Source: Syntrophomonadaceae bacterium (GTDB taxonomy: Bacteria; Bacillota; Syntrophomonadia; Syntrophomonadales; DTU052). Taken from it: a stretch of DNA of 64,000 bases. A program made the position numbers and the translations under genes. The stretch lies in contig JAAYDA010000019.1 of assembly GCA_012729505.1 (NCBI GenBank), positions 234-64,233 on the forward strand. Reading direction: 5' to 3'. The notes beneath the pieces were generated by a model. It saw only the letters and a program-made list of their open reading frames with translations, was not told the origin of the DNA and made no database searches. Every line of letters begins with the position of its first letter. Positions within the stretch are counted from its first letter, which is position 1. Positions 44,310-51,093 of this stretch are shown one piece after another.

Positions 44310-44396
44310 ACAGATAAAGGCAAACCTGCCGAAAGACAGGGACGCAAAGCTATAGGGCCTTTCTGAAAGCAGAATGGCAGCCTGGCCGCCGATAAT
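44310..44396 (+). promoter_or_regulatory. c-di-GMP-I (GEMM-I) riboswitch
   Basis: AAAGGCAAACCTGCCGAAAGACAGGGACGCAAAGCTATAGGGCC....GGCAGCCTGGCCGCCGATAA matches the GGCAAA..GAAAG..GGACGCAAAGCC..GGGTTRCCGA core. It ends about 30 nt before the 44427 start. Confidence 0.8.
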
Positions 44397-44426
44397 TAAG
44401 TAATTAAGTATTGGAGGTAAAAAGGA

Positions 44427-45689
44427 ATGAATAGAAAACTATTATTGAGTTTATTAGCTATCGGTCTGATCGCCGCCCTTATCGGCGGAGCCACCATGGC
44501 ATGGTTTACCGATGAAGAAGCAGTAGCACCGGCAACGTTCACCGCAGGAACCGTGGTTGTAGATGTGGATGGCCCGGAGATTGGAACTCCAGATGGCAAA
44601 TTCTTCGACAATGTTAACCCGGGCGATTGTGCCAATGTTGAGTGGAATGTAGTTAACAAGGGAACCAAGGATGCTTACTTAAGAGTAAAACTGGCCGGAT
44701 CTTGGACAGATGAAAACTTACTTAATAATAACGTATTCTGGGCCCCTGATCCGACCAGCGGCTGGAAGGTTTTTGAAGATGCCGAAGGTGCTGTATGGCT
44801 GGTTTATCCCCAGATAGTAGCGGGAACATATGACAACGAACCAGGTGAATTTGTATCAGTAAAACTTCCCGTCATCATCGGTTTTGACGGCGACCTCACC
44901 GGCAACGTATACCAAGGCAAAACCTATATCCTAGGCGGAGAAGGCAGCGAAGTACAAGCAATTCAGGCTTCCAACGACGCAGCCTTAGCATCATGGGGCG
45001 AAGAATGGTCAGAGATTCTGGGCAATCCTGATTATACAGACGCATACCTGGATGCTGTTGACTACTTCACCAACCCCGAAAGAGGCGGCTATAAGATGCC
45101 TTGCTATGACCGTGGTGATCCTGTAGAAGAGCCCGGTGAGACCACTTTATACGATGTAATCGCTAATGTTATCGTTGCAGGCGGCGGCTCCGTAGTCGGC
45201 GACGACACCAACATAGCACCGAATACTCTCGTAACCCTGACAGCAACTGCTAACGAAGGCTTTGATTTCAAGGGTTGGACCTTGCCCGCAGGCCTGGTCT
45301 TAACTGATGGCAATGAAGAAAGTTCTACAATCGGCTTTGTAATGCCAGCCAATGATGTGAATGTAACCGCTAATTTCGCAGCAACTCCTGCTCCTGTTAA
45401 GTACAATCTGGACGCATCAGCATGGAAATATTATAAGGTTAATTATTGGGAGTATACTTGGGTGAAAAGCACTGATTACGGAACAGTCGCCCCCACCAGC
45501 GGCTCATATGATAAAGACACATCAGTAAAACTGACTGCTTCACCCAAACATGGTAAGAAAGTAAAACAATGGGATGAATACAAGAATGGCGACTGGAAGA
45601 AGATTTCCAATTCCGACGGCAAGACCAGCATTAACGTAACAATGAATGCTGACAAAACTATCAGAGTCGTCTTCTGCGACTGCAATTAA
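44427..45689 (+). CDS. TasA/camelysin-like fibre subunit with C-terminal InlB-B-repeat-like display domains
   Basis: It has a SipW-type signal (GGATMAWFTDEE), then DNVNPGDCANVEWNVVNKG and NVYQG...VQAIQASN. The C-terminal GGSVVGD..VTLTATANEGFDFKGW repeat is also present. Confidence 0.7.
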   Translation: MNRKLLLSLLAIGLIAALIGGATMAWFTDEEAVAPATFTAGTVVVDVDGPEIGTPDGKFFDNVNPGDCANVEWNVVNKGTKDAYLRVKLAGSWTDENLLNNNVFWAPDPTSGWKVFEDAEGAVWLVYPQIVAGTYDNEPGEFVSVKLPVIIGFDGDLTGNVYQGKTYILGGEGSEVQAIQASNDAALASWGEEWSEILGNPDYTDAYLDAVDYFTNPERGGYKMPCYDRGDPVEEPGETTLYDVIANVIVAGGGSVVGDDTNIAPNTLVTLTATANEGFDFKGWTLPAGLVLTDGNEESSTIGFVMPANDVNVTANFAATPAPVKYNLDASAWKYYKVNYWEYTWVKSTDYGTVAPTSGSYDKDTSVKLTASPKHGKKVKQWDEYKNGDWKKISNSDGKTSINVTMNADKTIRVVFCDCN

Positions 45690-45819
45690 TAGCAGGTAAA
45701 CAAATTGCTACACTGAAGAAATCTATTAAATACTAATAACCACCGTAATCCCGGGGTGCGCCCATAGCGCATCCCGGAGGATTACCTGATAAACTGCCCG
45801 AATAAGGAGGGTTGCAGTT

Positions 45820-46575
45820 ATGTTGAGGAGAAACCTAAAAATTATACTGGCCGTATTGTTGGCTTCCTTCCTTATGGCCGGGTCAGCCTTGGGAGCCACC
45901 GGATCCGGGTACAAGATAGTGGGGGAAAGCAACGGATTAGTCATTAGCGCCCCTGACGATCCGGAAAAAACCGATAACCTGAATCCCGGGGACATTAAAA
46001 ACTCACGGCTGGTGCTGAAGAACGAGGGATCTAACACACTGACCGTTTCCATGCGGACGGAGATCACCTGTGAGAACACCATACGCGGCGGTCAACTGGC
46101 CGACATTATGAAGCTGATCATCAAGGACGGCACCCGAGTCATTACCGATGAAACCTTCCGTCAGGCCCATGGCCGGGGGAACTTCGTAATTGGCAGCATG
46201 GCCCCGGGCGATGAAAAGACTCTGTACTTCAACGCGGATCTGCCCGGCGCAGCCGCCAACAACGATTACCAAGGCGCTAAAATGTGTGTTATATGGGTAT
46301 TCACCACTACCAGCAGCTCCACCGGAGGAGGCGGCGGCGGAGGTGGCGGCGGAGGCGGCGGCGGCGGTTTTGTTCCCGATGAGCCGGTCGTTACTCCTGG
46401 GGAACCGGATGTGGTCACCCCCGGTGAAATCCCAACCCCTGATGAAGAAATCATCGTACCGGATGAGGAAACTCCGCAAATGCCCAAAACCGGCGTAGGC
46501 AGCCCTCTGCCCTTTTACGCCCTGGGTGCCTTTGTACTCACCGGCGGAGTCTTCATTCTGAAGAAAAAACAATAA
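45820..46575 (+). CDS. sortase-anchored surface protein with TasA-like N-terminal domain, poly-Gly linker and MPKTG sorting signal
   Basis: It has a Sec signal, then NLNPGDIKNSRLVLKNEG and NDYQGAKMCVIWVF. A G14 run follows, then PQMPKTG, a hydrophobic helix and KKKQ. Confidence 0.75.
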   Translation: MLRRNLKIILAVLLASFLMAGSALGATGSGYKIVGESNGLVISAPDDPEKTDNLNPGDIKNSRLVLKNEGSNTLTVSMRTEITCENTIRGGQLADIMKLIIKDGTRVITDETFRQAHGRGNFVIGSMAPGDEKTLYFNADLPGAAANNDYQGAKMCVIWVFTTTSSSTGGGGGGGGGGGGGGGFVPDEPVVTPGEPDVVTPGEIPTPDEEIIVPDEETPQMPKTGVGSPLPFYALGAFVLTGGVFILKKKQ

Positions 46576-46591
46576 ACTGACACTCAGTAAA

Positions 46592-46627
46592 GAATAGCCG
46601 GTGACCCCGGCTATTCTTTTATTTTGC
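46592..46627 (+). terminator. intrinsic terminator after the LPXTG-type gene
   Basis: AGAATAGCCGG tgacc CCGGCTATTCT followed by TTTATTTTG. Confidence 0.7.
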
Positions 46628-46644
46628 TTAAAGAGGGATGACAG

Positions 46645-47235
46645 ATGCAACGAAAAATAGCGGCGGTACTTTTAATTCTCATCGGTCTGGCTATAGTAAG
46701 CTATCCCCTGGCCCGGGACGCCTACTTTGAATACCAGCAGAGAAAGCTGGCGGAGCTATGGCAGGCCGACCTCCAGCAGATCGACGGCGATGCTGCCATT
46801 GAATATACTATGGCCCAACCGGCCATCGATCTCACCAAAGAAATGGAAGGCCTTTTGATCATAGATAAGATCAAACTGACCGCCCCTATTCTTACGGGGA
46901 TCACCAACCGGAATCTTAATCTCTCCGTAGCCAGTGTGGAAAAAACAGGCCGCCCCGGCGAACCGGGCAACTACTGCATCGCCGGTCACCGCAGCCGTTC
47001 TTACGGTTTATTGTTCAACCGGCTGAACGAATTGGCCGTCGGGGATGATATTGTAGTCCAGACTGAGGATCAGACTTTTGTTTACCAGGTCACTGCCAGC
47101 AAGGTCGTAAAACCGGAAAATGTTGAGCTTCTGAAGCCTGACGGGGACCGAAAGCTCATCACCCTGATAACCTGCGATTACAGCGTAAAAAAACCCTATC
47201 TCCGCCTGATCGTCACGGGGGAATTGGAAGAGTGA
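46645..47235 (+). CDS. sortase-family transpeptidase
   Basis: It has an N-terminal TM, IAGHRS (catalytic His), TLITC (catalytic Cys) and LRLIV (Arg). Confidence 0.85.
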   Translation: MQRKIAAVLLILIGLAIVSYPLARDAYFEYQQRKLAELWQADLQQIDGDAAIEYTMAQPAIDLTKEMEGLLIIDKIKLTAPILTGITNRNLNLSVASVEKTGRPGEPGNYCIAGHRSRSYGLLFNRLNELAVGDDIVVQTEDQTFVYQVTASKVVKPENVELLKPDGDRKLITLITCDYSVKKPYLRLIVTGELEE

Positions 47236-47455
47236 GCATTAGTGAGGCGTAAGGAGTAAGGCGTAAGGCGTTAGGTGTTAGGAGAGATGGGGTAATTAAG
47301 GAAGTTCGACGCTCCACGTCGAACCAAGCGAGGAGCACAAATCTCTTAACAAGATTTGGCTCCCGCCTGAACGCTCCACGTCGAACCAAGCGAGGAGCAC
47401 AAATCTCTTAGCAAGATTTGGCTCCCGCCTGCCTTACCCCTCTCTCCTCACCCCT
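47236..47455 (+). repeat. mosaic structured repeat: G-rich tract + M1 with internal partial duplication + C-rich tract
   Basis: GTGAGGCGTAAGGAGTAAGGCGTAAGGCGTTAGG.. is followed by M1 at 47294-47368. A second copy lacking the first ~16 nt lies at 47369-47433, followed by CCTTACCCCTCTCTCCTCACCCCTCA. The two arms are inverse-complementary in composition. Confidence 0.85.
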
Positions 47456-47457
47456 CA

Positions 47458-48462
47458 TCAACTTCTCATTGTCCGGTTAAACATGACCTGAGCATAGTTC
47501 TCGATGTCATTCGGGGTTAACATATTATATTTCTGTCTTACCGCGCTAAAATACTCTCCAATATCCTCCTTAGCAATTATGCGATTAGAATGGGCGTCAG
47601 ACGGCAGATAGCCGCGGGTTTTGATCCAAGGCATCTCCGAATGCGTAAATCGCTCCAGTATTTTTCCGCTGTAACAGCACAAATGCTGAATCACACTATC
47701 AATAACCGCTTTCTCGGCATCGGTAAAAACAGAAACATCAAACTCTCCGTTGCTTTCAATCTGATCAAAACGGTAATTCGAATAGCGGTTATAAATTTCT
47801 CGATAAACCGGCCCATGCACCCACGCTTCGCAATCATCAACAAATAAGAAAACCTTCATAAAAGCGAAGTAGAAGCCCTGAATATAATACAGCGCCTTTT
47901 GCAACGCCAGAGGAGTGATGTCTTCGCACTGGAACAATAAGTACCCAATAACCGCATCCACTTTAGATGCTTTGTTTATGGGCCGGCCCAGAAATTCTGC
48001 CGTCTGGCGTTTGCTCTTTTCATAGGCTATTTGAGATCTGAGGTTGCCTTTGTTTTCTTCGAGGAATGAAAGGTAAAAAGCCGGATCCCCGTAAATTTTT
48101 TGTAGCATATCAGAATATTGCTTTGTTGGCATATCGCCATCGCAATAGCGGGTAAACGTCATTTCTCCCCAGCCTAAAAGCAGTGACAGCGGCCGTTTGC
48201 CAATGTTATATTTTCGCGGAATCTCTAAGATTTTTTCCAGCGAAATAATGCCGTTTTTTTGACGATAAGCATCATAAAGCGCCTTAAGGTTGCCGTCCTC
48301 GATTTCAGCCGCATAGACTTCGGTGCCGCATTCAGTGCATACAGCTTTATTTCCGGTATAACTATATTCCTCACCTTTCAACGAGCCTTTTAGCGGAACT
48401 CTTTCACAATAATAGGCCACATCTGTTCTGCATTCCTCGCAGAATGTCATTTTCTCATTCAT
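47458..48462 (-). CDS. antitoxin: MqsA-like zinc-ribbon + HTH fused to a DUF4065 (Panacea/SocA-like) domain
   Basis: RBS AAGGAGGAGG precedes the start. The zinc ribbon is CEEC..(34 aa)..CTEC. The HTH-like segment is ISLEKILEIPRKYNIGKRPLSLLLGWGEMTFTRY. The C-terminal LQKALYYIQGFYFAF...WVHGPV resembles DUF4065. Confidence 0.65.
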   Translation of the reverse strand: MNEKMTFCEECRTDVAYYCERVPLKGSLKGEEYSYTGNKAVCTECGTEVYAAEIEDGNLKALYDAYRQKNGIISLEKILEIPRKYNIGKRPLSLLLGWGEMTFTRYCDGDMPTKQYSDMLQKIYGDPAFYLSFLEENKGNLRSQIAYEKSKRQTAEFLGRPINKASKVDAVIGYLLFQCEDITPLALQKALYYIQGFYFAFMKVFLFVDDCEAWVHGPVYREIYNRYSNYRFDQIESNGEFDVSVFTDAEKAVIDSVIQHLCCYSGKILERFTHSEMPWIKTRGYLPSDAHSNRIIAKEDIGEYFSAVRQKYNMLTPNDIENYAQVMFNRTMRS

Positions 48463-48489
48463 AAAGCCTCCTCCTTTCAATTCCAACCC

Positions 48490-48900
48490 TTACTTAAAAC
48501 AGTAATCGATCGGCTTGTTACGCTTATGGAATGATATGACCACCACACGCTTTCCTTCACTGATGCCTATTATGTTAAATTTGGTATAAACATCTACCAT
48601 TTCTTCGTTGCCTTCAAAATTGAATAACATGATCTGTGAACAAAACACATATAAGACTTCATATTCATATCCCAAATTAGTATTTTGTAACGTATGGCAG
48701 AAATCTTCAGGCGCAATTTGTAAAAGAATTTCTTTCTGCTTTTCGCTGGTGAGGTTATACTCGTTTATAAAGTCTACATTTTCCTGTCTATTCTCGTTTT
48801 TAGAAATATAAAAACGGCTCTCTCTTACACAATCCTGTATTGTCTGCAAAGTCAGCACTATTTGCTCTCGTGTATAGTTCTGATCGTAATGCGGATTCAT
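48490..48900 (-). CDS. putative MqsR-like toxin (start uncertain; 48918 is the alternative)
   Basis: It lies directly upstream of the MqsA-like gene with a 27-nt gap. ..EDFCHTLQN....VDVYTKF......VVVISFHKRN parallels MqsR ..DFYKSMT...QDVYRP....LIVSFKEK. The track's N-terminal extension runs into repeat sequence. Confidence 0.45.
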   Translation of the reverse strand: MNPHYDQNYTREQIVLTLQTIQDCVRESRFYISKNENRQENVDFINEYNLTSEKQKEILLQIAPEDFCHTLQNTNLGYEYEVLYVFCSQIMLFNFEGNEEMVDVYTKFNIIGISEGKRVVVISFHKRNKPIDYCFK

Positions 48901-49107
48901 TGCACCACCCCGCACCATCTCTTTGTAATGCAATAATACTATATTATATGCCTTCCGTAAAGTTTTATGCACTAATTGGTTCAGTATAGCTAAGTCATTG
49001 ATCTCTTTTAAAGTTTTCAGACGCTGATTGGAATGTGAGGCGATGATGTGGCACGTGATTAGTTCCAATGCGGCGACTCCCCTCACTTCCCCATCCGCGT
49101 AAATCAT

Positions 49108-49200
49108 AATAATCTGCGTTCATCTGCGTTTTCGTTTCCCCGTTCCCCGTCCCTCGTCTTCCCGTATCTCCTCCCGCCTCACTCCTTTCTCATCGCAACA
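49108..49200. repeat. mosaic repeat fragment (ATCTGCGT units + C-rich tract)
   Basis: AATCTGCGTTCATCTGCGTTTTCGTTTCCCCGTTCCCCGTCCCTCGTC..CCTCCCGCCTCACTCCTTTCTC shares modules with 50571-50690 and 63230-63290. Confidence 0.75.
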
Positions 49201-49305
49201 CTCCCGTGTGCCTGTCATGTACACTAAAAGAGATTCATAAAAAATGTCCGTGTAATTCTCTTATATCTCCCCATGCAATTCCCTTATGTAATAGTAGGTT
49301 ATAGT
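49201..49305 (+). promoter_or_regulatory. conserved ~105-nt upstream element (copy 2)
   Basis: It aligns with 41828-41930. ATGTACA at 49217, GTGTAAT at 49250 and ATGTAAT at 49286 have the same 33/36-nt spacing. Confidence 0.4.
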
Positions 49306-49376
49306 GGCAAAGCTAGTACCGCAAAACCTGACTAGCTGATAATAAAATTATTGAATATATTGGGAGGTAATAGGCG

Positions 49377-50510
49377 ATGAAGAGAAAACTACTATTAAGT
49401 ATACTGACTGTAAGCTTGATCTCCGCTCTTATTGGCGGAGCAACAATGGCCTGGTTCACCGATGAAGCCAAAGTAACAGAAGTACATTTCCAGGCAGGAA
49501 CAGTCAAAGTGGCTACAGATGCGGATTCACCCAACATTGCAGTGCCACCGGGCAAATCACTGGATAATGTTAACCCGGGAGATTGTGCCACCATAACCTG
49601 GAATATTGTTAACGAAGGCACCAAGGCGGCTCAATTGAGAGTCAATCTAAAGGCATTATGGGATGCTGCTCCAGGTATCAGTGAAGATTTAACTTTAGAT
49701 AACGTCTACTACGTTCCTGCTCCTGACAGCAGCTGGGTTCTTTATGAAGACACAAACAAGGTGCTGTGGCTGGTTTATCCCGAATCCGTGCGGGGAACAT
49801 ATAATTCTGCAAATCCTGAAATGCCTTTAGAGCCTGCAGAAATACCGCTTACAGTCGTCATCGGTTTTGACGGTATAGGTACCGGCAACGAATATCAAGG
49901 TGCCGAATTTACCCTGGGCAGTGAAGGCAGCCAAGTAGAAGCTATCCAGGCTTCCAACAACGCCCCCTTGGCAGTATGGGGTGACGAATGGGAGGCAGTT
50001 CTCAATAGAACTTATGTGCCGGTAACTGGTCTGGACGCAAGATACATGAATTATTTCAGCCCGGGACAGCCTGGATATGAAATGGTATGCTTCCAGCATT
50101 TCATCGGTGGAGATGATAACCCTCCTGCCAATAATAAAAAATATAAATTGACCGTCGAAGTATGGGAAGGAGATAGTCAGCGAAACAGTAACCCGTGGAA
50201 GCTTGTAAAAAGTGACCAGCAGGGAGCATCAGACTATGCAGCTAAACTAGTAATACCTAATTTAGCGGCTGACGCAGCAGTGGTGAAATTAACAGCTAAA
50301 GAACACAGCACAGCGCACTTTGTAGAGTGGCAGTATAAAGATGGTTCTGTATGGAAAACATTGACTAACCAAGGCACTACTCAAGGCTCTGGTCAAAGCG
50401 CAATTCACGAATTGAACTTTCCTATTAATACCGAATTTTTAAATAATCCAGATCAAAACGGTAATAATAAAGATATTTATGTCAGAGCCCTCTACGGGTC
50501 TCCCCAATAA
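49377..50510 (+). CDS. TasA/camelysin-like fibre subunit paralogue with a different C-terminal domain
   Basis: It has a SipW-type signal (GGATMAWFTDEA). The first ~210 aa are colinear with the 44427 protein (DNVNPGDCATITWNIVNEG, NEYQG..VEAIQASN). The C-terminal ~170 aa are unrelated. Confidence 0.7.
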   Translation: MKRKLLLSILTVSLISALIGGATMAWFTDEAKVTEVHFQAGTVKVATDADSPNIAVPPGKSLDNVNPGDCATITWNIVNEGTKAAQLRVNLKALWDAAPGISEDLTLDNVYYVPAPDSSWVLYEDTNKVLWLVYPESVRGTYNSANPEMPLEPAEIPLTVVIGFDGIGTGNEYQGAEFTLGSEGSQVEAIQASNNAPLAVWGDEWEAVLNRTYVPVTGLDARYMNYFSPGQPGYEMVCFQHFIGGDDNPPANNKKYKLTVEVWEGDSQRNSNPWKLVKSDQQGASDYAAKLVIPNLAADAAVVKLTAKEHSTAHFVEWQYKDGSVWKTLTNQGTTQGSGQSAIHELNFPINTEFLNNPDQNGNNKDIYVRALYGSPQ

Positions 50511-50570
50511 CCTCCAAACCTGAAATCTAATAACAACAAGGGATGGGTAATCGGCCCATCCCTTATTACG

Positions 50571-50690
50571 TCCCCCCATTCTCCTCCTTCTCACCCCTCA
50601 CGGTCCCCATCTGCGTAAATCTGCGTTAATCTGCGTCTTCGTTCACCCTTTCGCCTTTCGCCTTTCGCCTCACTCCTAACTCCCTCTTGC
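50571..50690. repeat. mosaic repeat fragment (C-rich tract + ATCTGCGT units + TTCGCC units)
   Basis: ..CTCACCCCTCACGGTCCCCATCTGCGTAAATCTGCGTTAATCTGCGTCTTCGTTCACCCTTTCGCCTTTCGCCTTTCGCCTCACTCC.. is the reverse complement of modules at 63230-63290. Confidence 0.8.
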
Positions 50691-50730
50691 ATAATTATTT
50701 TTTTCTGCTAAAATTAGATATAAGTAAAGT

Positions 50731-50812
50731 TGATAAAGGCAAATTCGTCGAAAGGCGGAGACGCAAAGCCACGGGCCTAAGACCGGAAGGTTATGGTCGC
50801 CGGGTTGCCGAT
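50731..50812 (+). promoter_or_regulatory. c-di-GMP-I (GEMM-I) riboswitch, first of a tandem pair
   Basis: AAAGGCAAATTCGTCGAAAGGCGGAGACGCAAAGCCACGGGCCTAAGACC..GGTCGCCGGGTTGCCGATAA aligns closely with the Vc2 aptamer sequence as I recall it. Confidence 0.9.
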
Positions 50813-50831
50813 AATAAAGTGATGATTCCAT

Positions 50832-50869
50832 CATCTGTTTCGGTATCCCGAGGCAGATGTTTTTGTTTT
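50832..50869 (+). terminator. intrinsic terminator / expression platform of the first riboswitch
   Basis: CATCTG..(16 nt)..CAGATG followed by TTTTTGTTTT. Confidence 0.6.
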
Positions 50870-50904
50870 ATCCGACTCTTTGCGTAAAAAGCGAATAGCA
50901 AAAC

Positions 50905-50986
50905 CGATAATGGCAAATCCGTCGAAAGGCGGAGACGCAAAGCCACGGGCCTAAGACCGAAAGGTTATGGTCGCCGGGTTGCCGAA
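50905..50986 (+). promoter_or_regulatory. c-di-GMP-I (GEMM-I) riboswitch, second of the tandem pair
   Basis: AATGGCAAATCCGTCGAAAGGCGGAGACGCAAAGCCACGGGCCTAAGACC..GGTCGCCGGGTTGCCGAAG is nearly identical to the first aptamer. Confidence 0.9.
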
Positions 50987-51024
50987 GTGCGGAAGGCATT
51001 TAATCTGTATTAATGTCTTCATTA

Positions 51025-51062
51025 AAGTCCTCTTCAGGCTTACCCGGGAGAGGACTTTTTTA
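51025..51062 (+). terminator. intrinsic terminator / expression platform of the second riboswitch
   Basis: AGTCCTCT..(14 nt)..GAGAGGACT followed by TTTTTT. It ends about 30 nt before the 51094 start. Confidence 0.7.
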
Positions 51063-51093
51063 ATTCCGATTTTACAAAAGAGGAGTTGTTGAC

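Noticed and set aside
49306-49340. GTGGCAAAGC..ACCGCAAAACC.. in the 49377 leader as a fourth (truncated) GEMM-I riboswitch
   Set aside because: Only one hairpin (49311-49337) is present. The second helix, the GAAAG loop and the GGGTTRCCGA closing segment are missing. It shares only the short GGCAAA/GCAAA strings.
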